DNA from: an uncultured Planctomycetaceae bacterium
Lineage (GTDB): Bacteria > Planctomycetota > Planctomycetia > Planctomycetales > Planctomycetaceae
Direction of reading: 5' to 3'
NCBI GenBank assembly: GCA_963813715.1
Contig: CAWFAK010000014.1
Location: forward strand, 64,001 to 128,000
DNA: 64,000 bases
Shown one piece after another: positions 22,497 to 32,634 of the stretch. Every line of letters starts with the position of its first letter. The first letter of the stretch is position 1. The translations under genes and the position numbers were made by a program. Below the pieces are notes generated by a model. It had not been told where the DNA came from. It saw only the letters and a list, made by a program, of their open reading frames with translations, and searched no databases.

Positions 22497-22785
22497 TTAC
22501 GTTCCGTTAACGTCGGCCTCGGGAGCGGACGGGACGGGGTCATTCGAGTTCAGCCATTCCTTGAACTTCGGGCTCAGGCAGTACGTCATCTCGATTCTGT
22601 TGTTGTGGGGATGTGGGTAACGGTTGATCGCTCCGTTGTTGAGCAGGTTGGCGAGGACTCGATTCATCCGGACGCCGTTGATCCCCAATGCGTCGCGGAG
22701 ATATTTCGCGCTGATGGACAGGGAGCATGGGTCAGCGCGCTTAGCGTTCGGTCCCGGTCGCGCCTTGAAAACAACGGAAGTGCGC
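22497..22785 (-). pseudogene. Truncated paralog of the C-terminal winged-helix-like tail of the adjacent AAA ATPase
   Basis: RRTSVVF..RDRDRTL..ISAKYLRDALGINGVRMNRVLANL...EMTYCL aligns with RRASVVFERDLHRTL..VSATYLRELLSLNGQRMKRVLAQL...EMNYSL at 23213-23500. Confidence 0.75.
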
Positions 22786-23087
22786 CGGGTGCCATGCCCA
22801 CGGCTTTTGAGTGGGCATGTCCGAGTAAGTGGTGCCATCCCTCAGCCTCGATCAATCATCCTGTTTGCCACGTACGCTCGAGGTCGAAGACATGCCCACG
22901 CCGGCCGTGACGACCGTCCGGGAATTCGCGGCTACAAACTCTGGGAAAATCGAGGTTCGACGGATATGGACTTACGGCGAATCTGGACGTCGATTCTGAG
23001 CAGTCGTAAATCCCCTATTTTCCACGGCAATTGCTCCGCCTGAATTACCGGACGGTCTCACGCCGGGCCGTGGGCATGCCACCCGGC
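22785..23087. repeat. Cluster of REP family C copies (22785-22820, 22890-22910, inverted 23058-23087)
   Basis: CCGGGTGCCATGCCCACGGC..GTGGGCATG and the inverted GCCGTGGGCATGCCACCCGG. Confidence 0.7.
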
Positions 23088-23212
23088 CGCGTGCCTAGAG
23101 GAGTGTCGCCCCTCTCGAGGGGCTTCGGAAGTCCTACAACAGGCTCGAGGTCAACTATCTCATGGTCAACTTCCTTAGTGAAAGTAGTTGACCATGACCT
23201 TGACCATGGGGT

Positions 23213-24555
23213 TTAGGCAGGTTGGTTAGTCTTCTCCGCGTGTTCGTCGGTGCCTGGGAGCTGAGCGCCGATCGACTCCCGGTAACTGGCGGTCAGAGAG
23301 TAATTCATCTCCGCTCGACCGCCGCAGAACTGGGCCGCCCTCTTGACCACGCCGTCGCTAACGAGCTGGGCGAGAACGCGTTTCATCCGCTGGCCGTTGA
23401 GCGACAAGAGCTCGCGCAAGTAAGTTGCGCTGACGGGACGCGGGTGCTCTTCAAGAGGGCCAGGGTCCGGTGAAGGTCGCGCTCGAAAACAACGGAAGCC
23501 CGGCGGACGCGGCGGTCTTCGCTGACTTCCATTTGACGCACGTCGGATTGCACTTCGGCCGACGAAGCGGCGCGCAGCTCATTTTTCCACACGCGGCCGC
23601 CGACGTTGTGCTGGGAGCCTTCTTCCACGTCGAGCGCCCACAGGCCGTGGTGGCCGGAGCGGCCGCCGGTTGAGAACCAGAGTTCGTGGCGGCCAGTGTC
23701 GGGGTCGAAGCGGCGGCGGCGGGAGAGCAGGAGCCATTGGGCGGCGAATTCGGCGAAGCCGGTCCAGGCGACGTCGTCGAGCGTGGCCGGTTGGCCCGGC
23801 GTGATTCGCGTGCGTTTGCAGTGGTGCACGATCAGGATCGCGCAGCCCGTGTTCTGGCACAGCTCGGCCAGCGGGCGGAGGAGCGCGCCCATCGCGAACA
23901 GGTTGTGGGCGTCTTCGCCGCGGATCGCCAGGTAGGCCGGGTCGATCGCCAGGCAGTCGGGCCGCTTGCGGCGGATGATGCGGCCCAGGGCCTCGAGGTC
24001 GGCCGTGCTGTCGAGGCGGGGCAGCTTTGGCGAGAGGGCGAAATTGTCGAGCGCGGCGAGCGTCAGGCCGCGGGCCGCACAGATGCGGTGGGCGATCGAC
24101 TGCAGGGCGTCGAGCCCCGATTCGCCCGAGAGAAACAGGGCCCGGCCCGGCTCGGGGACGGCGAACTGCCCGAGGAAGGGGGTGCCGCTGGCGAGCGAAA
24201 TGAGCAGGTCGGCCGTGAGCGACGTCTTCAACGTTTTGAACGAGCCGAAAATGCCGCCGGGCTGCCCCGCCGCAAGGATGTCGGGGATGAGATACCGAGT
24301 GTCGAATTGGCCCGAACTGAGCTGGGCGGCGGAGTAGAAGGGAAAGCGGGCGTCGTCGTCGTCGGCTTGCGAGTCGGACGGGGCGAGAGATGAGGAGGGC
24401 AAAGAGTCAAGCAACGCGGGAGTCGCCTCGGAGTCGGAGCCGAGGGATGAAGAAGAACAGGGGGACGAAGAGCCCTCACCCCGGCACTCTCCCGTCGGAA
24501 CGGGCGAGGGGGAAGGAGGGGCGGCAAGCGGATGGCGTGGGGCGGCGATGGGCAC
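23213..24555 (-). CDS. AAA_25/RepA-like helicase-type ATPase with C-terminal HTH (start uncertain; frameshift ~23445)
   Basis: Walker A variant GSFKTLKTS, LASGTPFLG, LFLSGES, Walker B LAIDP, LIVHH. Confidence 0.8.
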
Positions 24556-24904
24556 GTGTGGCTCCGGCGAGAGGGGATGAGGAGAGAGGTTCGAGGGGTG
24601 TCCGCGCGGCTGAGGTGGAGAGCCGGCGCAGAGCGCTGGATGAATCAGCGCAATTCTGGCGATTCCCTCATCGTACCACGGCACGCCGCGCGCTCCGCAC
24701 GTTGGGGCGGCCGGAAAATTTTTGCGTCGCGATTAACAAATGGCGTCGCGGTGGGTTACGAAATTCGAAAAGTTTTGGAGAAAAATTCGACGGTTGACGC
24801 GGCGATCAGACGGGCTAGAGGGGCGCTTTCGCGGCGCCCGCGCAGCATTGTTTCGAACGGAAAGAGGTCAGAGTGAGAGGCGGCCCAATTGGCGCTCGAG
24901 AGTT

Positions 24905-25003
24905 TGTCTCGCCCCGTTGGGGCTTTCAATGCGAGATGGCGTCTGAGATCCCGGGCCTGCCTGCGCTCCGACCCGGGCTATAGAATCTCGCCCTTTCAGG
25001 GCT
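24905..25003 (-). repeat. REP family A, inverted copy
   Basis: Reverse complement contains AAGCCCTGAAAGGGCGAGA..TATAGCCCGGGTCGGAGCGCAGGCAGGCCCGGGA and AAGCCCCAACGGGGCGAGACA. Confidence 0.75.
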
Positions 25004-25031
25004 TGCAATGCGAGGTGGCGCCTGGAGCTCG

Positions 25032-26121
25032 TTACGGTTTAACATCAGCCGCGTGGCGTTTTCGCCAGGCCGGATACTCGGTCGTGAGCAGGCGTTGGGG
25101 CCAGTAGCCGAGCCAGGCGTAGCCGTTGCGGCGTTCGTAGCCGATGTCGGCGAGGTTTTGTTTGGGCACGCCGTCGCGGTCGGAAAAGATCGGGCGGTTG
25201 GTGCCGATCTCGTAGAAGCGGGCCCACATCGGCGGGGCCGACGGGTCGTGCACGACGACTTTGTTGTGGCCCTTGGGCGAGGCGGGGTCGGGCCGCTCTT
25301 CCTGGCGGATGCCGGTCAGCTTGGCCTCTTCGAACCAGGCGACGGCTCCCTCGATAGCCGCGACGACCTGCGGGCTGGGCGAATCGAGGCTCATCAACAA
25401 GCGGACGACGTCGACCGATTCGGCGCCGCTCAGGCTGACCAGCTCGTAGCTGCGGGCCGGCCGGGGGCGAAAGTCGTGTTCGTCGTGCTGGGCGCACCAG
25501 GCGGTCTTCTTGCCGGCGACCTCGATCTGGCATTTGAGGATGCAGTCGATGCCGTGGTCGAAGGCGCGGTGAATCGTCGCCCGCCGCTCCCTCCCGACGA
25601 AATCGTAAACGGGCGAGTGCTCGATCTCTTGCAGGAACCGCATCAGGCGGACCATCGCGTCGTCGTTGAACGTGATGTAGCGGTTGTATTTCTTGCCCGG
25701 CGGCGAGAACTGCGGCCAGCCGCCGTTGGGGTATTGAGCGTTGAGGATGTAGGTGAGGCCGCGGTCGAAGGCCGTTCGGTAGGTGTCGTCCTTCGTCGCG
25801 TCGTAGATGCGGGCCAAAAACCGCAGCTCGTCGGTGGTGGCCCCGTTGTCGAAGGTCGGCTGGAGTTTCTTGCGATCGCCGACGTACGGCACGGATGTCG
25901 TGTCGATGTTCTTCGGCCAGCCGCCCAGATCGGACTGGAAGGTGAGGATGTTGGCGGCGATCCGCTTGGCCTCGGGCGTGGCGTACCACTCGGCCGGTTT
26001 CTTTACGTATTGTCGCGCCCCGTCCTTCGCGAGACTCGGCGAACGGCCGGCAACCAGTAAGAGGAAGCACGCCAGCGCGAGAGCGAGGCGGCGTCGGAAT
26101 CCGAGCGAGACGCGAGCACAT
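25032..26121 (-). CDS. pelA: Secreted pectate lyase, PL10/PelA family (frameshift in the signal-peptide region)
   Basis: GGWPKN, TFDNGAT, AQYPNGGWPQF, ITFNDDAM, WCAQHD, ARSYEL, WARFYE, ERRNGY. Confidence 0.9.
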
Positions 26122-26138
26122 GGCGGAGTGGTTGCCTT

Positions 26139-26900
26139 CTAGCTGTCGTTGCGCCGCTGTTTCCAGTCGGCGGGGAGCAGGTCGCGAACGTAGTCCATCA
26201 GGCCGAGCGCGGCGAGTTCTTCTTCCACGTCGTCCGGCGAACCGTTGGCGAGCCCGTCGGCGATTTCGGTGATCAGCAGTTCGGCGAATTTGACGCGGGC
26301 CCGCCGCAACTGTTGCCGCACCGACTCGGGCGTGACCGTTTTTTTCGTTTTCTCGGCGAGTCGCTGAGCGAGTTCTTCGGACGTGGCGTCGGGGAAGGCC
26401 GCGCGGAGACGCAGCAGGACCACGGCCGACGAGTCGGGCTGCGAGCGTTCGAGGTGTTCGAGCGCGGACCAGGTGAGGTCGAGCGCGTTTTGCCGCCAGC
26501 TGGCCAGCCACTCGGGATCGTCGGTCGCGTCGGCGCCGGCGATCGCCTCGACGTCGACGGCGGCCGGGCGGCGGCGATTCTCTTTTTGCCAATGGTTTCG
26601 CGCCATGTTGCGGACGGAGACTTTGAGCAGGTCGCGGAAGCGGCCGCGATTGGGGTCGGCGCCGGCAAAGTCGCCGCTGAGGAGCCGGACGATGGCGTCT
26701 TGGGCCACTTCGTCAGCGCGGCCGTCGTCCTGCAGGATGGCGCGGACGTAGGCGCGGATGGCCTTCGAGTAGCGGAGCACCAGTTCGTTCCGTGCCTGCC
26801 CGGCCGACACGATCGATGCCTGGTGGGCCCGGCGGACGACGCTCCAGCGCGTGGTCATCGAGTCGAGGCGCTGAGAAATGGTGTCGGATTCGCCTGGCAT
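26139..26900 (-). CDS. ECF sigma-70 factor of the kinase-associated planctomycete type
   Basis: TTRWSVV, LVLRY, ADP.RGRFRDLLK...RN sigma2 region; sigma4-like VRQQLRRAR; C-terminal VEEELAALGL. Confidence 0.85.
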   Translation of the reverse strand: MPGESDTISQRLDSMTTRWSVVRRAHQASIVSAGQARNELVLRYSKAIRAYVRAILQDDGRADEVAQDAIVRLLSGDFAGADPNRGRFRDLLKVSVRNMARNHWQKENRRRPAAVDVEAIAGADATDDPEWLASWRQNALDLTWSALEHLERSQPDSSAVVLLRLRAAFPDATSEELAQRLAEKTKKTVTPESVRQQLRRARVKFAELLITEIADGLANGSPDDVEEELAALGLMDYVRDLLPADWKQRRNDS

Positions 26901-27104
26901 TCCTGTCTCCGCCGAGGATCGAGAATCGCCGTCAGCGTGAGTTTGTGGCCGATCTTGCGCGATTTTAGCGGCGGATTCGCGACTGGGCCACGCGAGCTCC
27001 TTTATAATTGCGGACTGGCGGACGGCCGAATTCCGGCCGTTCGCGCGAGTGCGGAGCCTGCGGGAGGACGTGCCCGGGCCCGCCGCCCACGCGGAAATTG
27101 ATTC

Positions 27105-30100
27105 ATGGACCCGGCCGAGCGTCCAACCGTCTCGCATCCGAACGCGCCGCCCGTCTCGCCTGCTGCTGTGCCGCCGGTGAATGTGCCCGCGCCGCCGGCC
27201 GCGGACGTCGATCGCTCGGTGAGTGAGACGACCCGGTTTCGCGTGGTGTCGCTGCACGCCAGCGGGGGCATGGGCAACGTCTTCGTCGCGCGAGGACGAC
27301 CAGCTGCATCGTTCGGTCGCGCTCAAAGAAATTCAGGAACGCTTCGCCGACGATCGCCAGATTCGCGAGCGTTTTCTCCGCGAGGCCGAGGTCACGGGGC
27401 AACTCGAGCATCCGGGGATCGTGCCCGTGTACGCGATGGGGCACGCCGACGACGGGCGTCCGTATTACGTGATGCGGATGATCCACGGCGACAGCCTGCG
27501 ACGTGCGATCGCCGCCTTGCAGCGCCTGCGGGAGACGGGGGACGACCACGCCTATCGTCTGGAGCTGCGGCGGCTGCTCAACCGTTTCGTCACGGCTTGC
27601 AACACGATCGAATACGCGCACAGCCGCGGCGTCGTGCATCGGGACATCAAGCCCGACAACATTATGCTCGGGCCCTACGGCGAGACGCTCGTCGTCGACT
27701 GGGGGTTGGCAAAGGTCATCGGCCCGTCGGCCGTGCGGACGGATGCGGCGGGTGATGACAGTGTCGAGCGCTCATCGACAGGGAAGGTGTGATGCATTCG
27801 CCGACTAGCGACAGCGTCCGTCATTCGCCGACGGAGGCGACGCAGTTCGGCACCGTCACGGGCACGCCGGCCTACATGAGTCCGGAGCAGGCGCTGGGCT
27901 GGCAGGACGCGATCACCCCGGCCTCGGACGTTTACAGTTTGGGTGCCACGCTCTATTCGCTGCTCACCGGGCGGCCGCCGTTGGGAAACGAAGATCTCGG
28001 CAACCTGCTGATTCGCATTCAGAAGCAGGACTTTCGCAAGCCGCGCGAAGTCAACCCGTCGATCCCGCGTCCGCTCGAGGCGATTTGCCTGAAGGCGATG
28101 GCGCCCTCGGTGAGCGGCCGCTATCCGACGGCCGTGGCGCTCGCCGGCGATCTGGAAGCGTTTTTGGCGGGCGAGCCGGTGTCGGCGTGGCGGGAGCCGC
28201 TTTCGGTGCGGACCGCGCGGTGGGTGCGGCGTCATCGCACGCTCGTCACCAGCGGTGTTGCGACGGCCCTCGTGCTGATCGTCGCGCTGGGCGTGATCGT
28301 CTTCGTGCAAAACTCGGCCAACCGCCGCTTGAGCGAGGCCAACGATCGCGAAACGTCGGCCCGCAAAGACGCGGAGGCGCAGCGTGACAAAGCGCAGCAG
28401 AATTTCCAGATGGCGCAGGACGCCGTCGATCGTTATTTCACCCAGGTGAGCGAAGACCACCGACTCTCGGCCCAGGGGCTCGAGCCGTTGCGACGCGACC
28501 TGTTGAGCTCGGCCGGTCAGTTCTACGAGCGGTTCGTCACGTCGGACAGCCAGCAAGCGCGGCTGCACTATGACAGTGCCTGGGCCAAGTTTCGTCTCGC
28601 CTCGATCACCGAGGAGATCGCACCGCCGGCGGAGGCCGCGGCCAAGTTCGAGGCGGCTCTGCAGGCCTTCACCGAGTTGGCGAAGCTCGAGGGGGGCACG
28701 GCTCCGCACGCCCGCGAAGGCCTGCTGATGTGCCAGATGAACCTGTGCAATCTCTACGATCGCGTTGGGCAGCGGGACAAGGCCCAGGCGGCGCTGGTCG
28801 CCGCTCTCAGCGCGGCACGCAGTCTCGTCGGCGAGTTTCCCCACGCACCGTCGGCCCAACATCTGCTCGCGCGGTGCCTGGGCATTCAAGGGCGGCGGGC
28901 GATGGAGCAGGGGAATCTCGCAGAGGGGCGGGCCGCTTACATCGAAGAAGTGAAGCTTCGCGAGCAGATCGTGAAGGCGGACCCCAAGCAGCAGACGTAC
29001 CAGGTCGAGCTGGCCAGCAACTATCGCAACCTCTCCATTGTCGCCCAGCGCTACGAGCGTCTCGACGAGTCCCGGCAGTGGCTCGATCAGTCGCTGGTCA
29101 TCGATCGCAAGCTGGCGCACAACAACCCGGACGACGGGTTCTTTCAAAACACGCTCGCGCAAACGCTCACGTTGTCCGGCGACCTGGCCGCGCCGACCAA
29201 CGTGCTGCCGACGCGCAAAAAGCGTACCGCGAAGCCGTCGACCTGCGGGGTGCGCTGATCGAGCGGCATCCCGACGTGCTGGAATACCGCGCGGCCCTGG
29301 CCACGACGGCCGACAATCTCGGCGTGCTGTGTTGCGACCGGGGCGAGTACGATGCCTCGCAGACGTACTTTACGCGGGCCCTCGGCCAGGCCGAGCGACT
29401 GGCGACCGACTATCCGAAGCTCGCCGATTATCAAAGCCAGTTCGCGACGATCCTGACCAACGCGGCCGTGCTCTGCACCGAGCAAAAGCGCTTGCCCCTC
29501 GCCCAGAAGTGGCTTGAGCAGGCCTTGTCGATTCGGCAGAAGCTCGAGCGCGAATCACCGAGCGACGGCGGCCGCGAGAAAATGGGCACGACACTCTTGG
29601 CGCTGGCCGTCGCCGAGACCGACGCGAAGCGGCTCAAACCCGCCGAGCAACATGTGCGCGCGGCGCTCGACATCTTTCGTCAGCTCTCGACCGCACAGCC
29701 CGATCGCCCCTCCTATACGGAGTTTTTGGGCGTCTCCTCGAAGCAGCTGGGCGACGTGCTCAAGGCTGATGGCCACGATGACCCGGCAGTGGCCGCCTAT
29801 CACGAGGCACAGGAAGTTCAGCGGCGGCTCGTGGCCGCGCATCCCAACGTGCTCAAGCATCGGCTCGACCTGGCCGGCGCGTGCGTCAACCTCGGCAACT
29901 TGTGCAATCGACGCGGCCAGCCCGTCCCGCGAGCGAGGCGTTTGTGGAAGTGCTCAAACTCTTCCCGAACGGAAGGCCCTCCGCGCTGCTCGACGGCCCG
30001 GCGAAGGCGTTGCTCGAAAAGGCTTACACCGGCCGTGCGCTGGCCCGCGAAACCCTGGGCGATCTCGATGGCATGGTGGCGGACTTTGAGGCTGCCCTCG

Positions 30101-30528
30101 TGCTCGTGCCTGCCGCGCGGGCGAAGGGCCTGCGCTTAAAGATCGCGGACATCGTCTCCCAGTCGGGCGACGCCGACCACGCGCTGCGACTGGCCGAGCC
30201 GTTATTGAAGGAGAAGGCACTCGAGGGCGCGTCGGCGTTCGACCTGGCCGTGATCTACGCCCGCGCAGCCGAGCCGGCGCAGTTACGAAAATCGGTCACG
30301 CCGGAGAAGGAGCGTGCGGCTCTGGCCGAACGACGGACGGCGCAGGCGATCGAACTTTTGCAACGGGCCTCCGACGGCCACTACTTCGCCGACGCTACCA
30401 ATCGCCAGAAACTGCAGGCCGCTCCCTTCGTGCCGTTGCTTTCGAGCAACGCTGCCTTCCGCAATCTGCTGCATGCGATCGAGGGCGAACATCCCGCCGG
30501 GCTGCCGGCCGCTGCGGCGAAGCGCTAA
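27105..30528 (+). CDS. Hanks-type Ser/Thr kinase with TM segment and TPR domain (frameshifts ~27285, 27790, 29190, 29925)
   Basis: GGMG, VALKE, LEHPGIVPVY, HRDIKPDN, DWGLAK, GTPAYMSPEQ, SDVYSLG; TM at ~28245-28310; helical TPR-like repeats. Confidence 0.9.
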
Positions 30529-30830
30529 GGGATCGCAGCTGCGATCCCCGCGCGGAGCTGACATGTGCGGCGATTGTCCACCGGCCCGTCCACGTCACCG
30601 CGCCGGTTCAGCCGCGCCTGGCCCATGTCGGACCGACCGATGTACCGGTAGACGGACCCCGCGTCGCCGGTTTCCAGGCGGTAGCAATAGGGGCCTGCCG
30701 GCAGTCGTTTGTAGGGGCTGGCAAGCTCCGTGGGCACGTTGGGCATGCGGACATTTGCGGGCGGATCACCGCCGTGCCACGGGATCAACGCGCCGTCCCA
30801 CGGCCCGCCTACGAAGTGAATCTGATTCAT
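30525..30830 (-). CDS. Small hypothetical protein
   Basis: ATG with RBS-like context; FVGGPWDG motif; overlaps the kinase stop convergently. Confidence 0.5.
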   Translation of the reverse strand: MNQIHFVGGPWDGALIPWHGGDPPANVRMPNVPTELASPYKRLPAGPYCYRLETGDAGSVYRYIGRSDMGQARLNRRGDVDGPVDNRRTCQLRAGIAAAIP

Positions 30831-31091
30831 TCTTCGACCGCTTGGATTGCGCTCGCGGGACCGTGCTTTTCGGTCGGGTTGCTTCCGCGAGCCTACCCAC
30901 TTTTTGTGAGAGGCGCAATTCTACGGTTGGCTGATTGGGGCCCAGAGTAAGAGGTGGAATGACCGTGCCCGCACCCCGCCCCCCGGTGCGGCCGCCCTGA
31001 GAACTCTTAGCGGATCGCGTCGGCTGTGGCTACCAAGTGGGCCCGGCTGCACGGAACTTCTCCCGTAATCTTCAAAATTCTTTCCGCCGGC

Positions 31092-31124
31092 TGTCACACG
31101 GTGTTTCCCTGCCGGTATTGGGTT
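31092..31124 (+). promoter_or_regulatory. ECF-type bipartite promoter motif, copy 3
   Basis: TGTCAC-N15-CGGTATTGGGTT, 67 bp upstream of ATG 31192. Confidence 0.7.
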
Positions 31125-31191
31125 CGAGCCGCAACCGCGGCCAACAACTCTCAACCAACTTAAACCCAATCAGCATAAGGGGGAACGAGCC

Positions 31192-32192
31192 ATGAACCGC
31201 ACTTTGATCGCCACGGTGTTATCCGTTTGTTTGGTGTCCGGATTTGGGATTTCGCAGGCGTCGGCCGACGAGCTGAAGGGCCTGATTTCGGTGACGCAGG
31301 AAGCCGTGCCGTCGGGGACAGAAGCTCTGGCCAAGGCCGACGAGCTGATCGCCCGTCGGGGTGGTGGGGGCGGGCGACGGGGCGGCGGTGGAGTCCGACG
31401 CGGGGGCGGCATGCGGCGCGGCGGCGGCGTTCGTCGCGGAGGCGGCCGCGCGTCCACCGCTCGTCGCTCGGGTGGATCGAACGCGCGTCGCGGCAACGCG
31501 GGTCGTGCCAACTCGCACTCGAACGTTCGTCGCTCCAACGGCGGTCGCTCGAGCGCTGCATCGCTCGAACACGAGCCACAGCCAGCATGCGTCAAACAGC
31601 CGATCGAACCACGCCAACCACAGCTCTCAGAAGAGCAACAGCAAAGGAAATAACAAAAGCGGGGAATAACAAGAACGGCAAGAACAGCCAGGCGAACCGC
31701 GGCAATCGCACGAACGGCCGCGATGGAAATCGGGGTGGTGGGGATGGCGGCGCTTGGGACGGTCGAGGCTGGGATGGCCGGGGCTGGGACGGCGACGCGA
31801 TCTCCCCGATCGATCCGGTCGTTCCGGTGGTCCCCGTCGATCCGATTTACGTCGGTCCGCGTCCGGTGATCACGCTCCTCAATCCGGCCGGGACCGGGGC
31901 TTCGCTCAACTACACGCTGGGCGAGGCGCAGTACGTGATCGCGGCCGGCGAAACAACCACCCACGACGAGGGAACGCAGGAGATCGCCTTCGATCGCGGC
32001 AGCTCGTTCGGCGAAGCCCGCTACACGCTGCAGCCGGGCACCGCCTACAAGTTCGTGTCGACCGACCACGGCTGGGACCTGAACTCGGTGGCCGCGGTGG
32101 CGGGGACCGACTCGAGCGAAACCACGACGGCCGAAGTGGCCACGACGCATTCGAGCGGAGCCAGTGCCCTGACACTGGTCAGCGGGAACTGA
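31192..32192 (+). CDS. Secreted Arg/Gly-rich disordered protein with WDGRG repeats and a small beta domain (frameshifts ~31558 and ~31662)
   Basis: GGGGA RBS; signal peptide ending ASA; RRGGG repeats, a Ser/Asn/His-rich tract, three WDG repeats, then IAFDRG..Y.F...GWDL. Confidence 0.7.
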
Positions 32193-32264
32193 TTCGCCTC
32201 GTTCTGTAAACGACCGAGACGAACGGATCCTGACCTCGCACGACTCTCCCACAACACGAACCAC

Positions 32265-32305
32265 ACGGGGCCGTCGCCCAACGCGACCGGCCCCGTTTCT
32301 TTTTG
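32265..32305 (+). terminator. Rho-independent terminator
   Basis: ACGGGGCCG...CGGCCCCGT followed by TTCTTTTT. Confidence 0.75.
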
Positions 32306-32634
32306 CGCCGGTGTGGCTCACGGAATCCAATTCGCCGGCGATCCGCGCCCGCTTGAATTGGACTGGCTCTCCCGCGAGACTGCTGGACACGTTCGCCTCA
32401 CGTCGCCGCTCTTCATTCTCCGAACGGTCGCCCGCGTTTTGCTCGATTGGAAAATCTGAGACGACCGGAGAATTCAGCGCGAAAATTTGCCTTGGGTGCC
32501 ACGGTTGAGCTTGCTCAACCGTGCTCTTAACAGTTCAGCAACCGTCATCAGCAGCCGGAAAGAGCACGGCTGAGCCGAAGCGTCTCAGCCGTGGCACCCG
32601 ATTTTCCGGATGTCCTCGATTGGAGAATCGCATC

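Noticed and set aside
18855..25003. CRISPR array or intact prophage
   Set aside because: Repeats are irregularly spaced palindromes without uniform spacers; no cas, integrase or virion genes
27780..27800. In-frame TGA in the kinase as selenocysteine or readthrough
   Set aside because: The kinase continues in a different frame, so this is a frameshift
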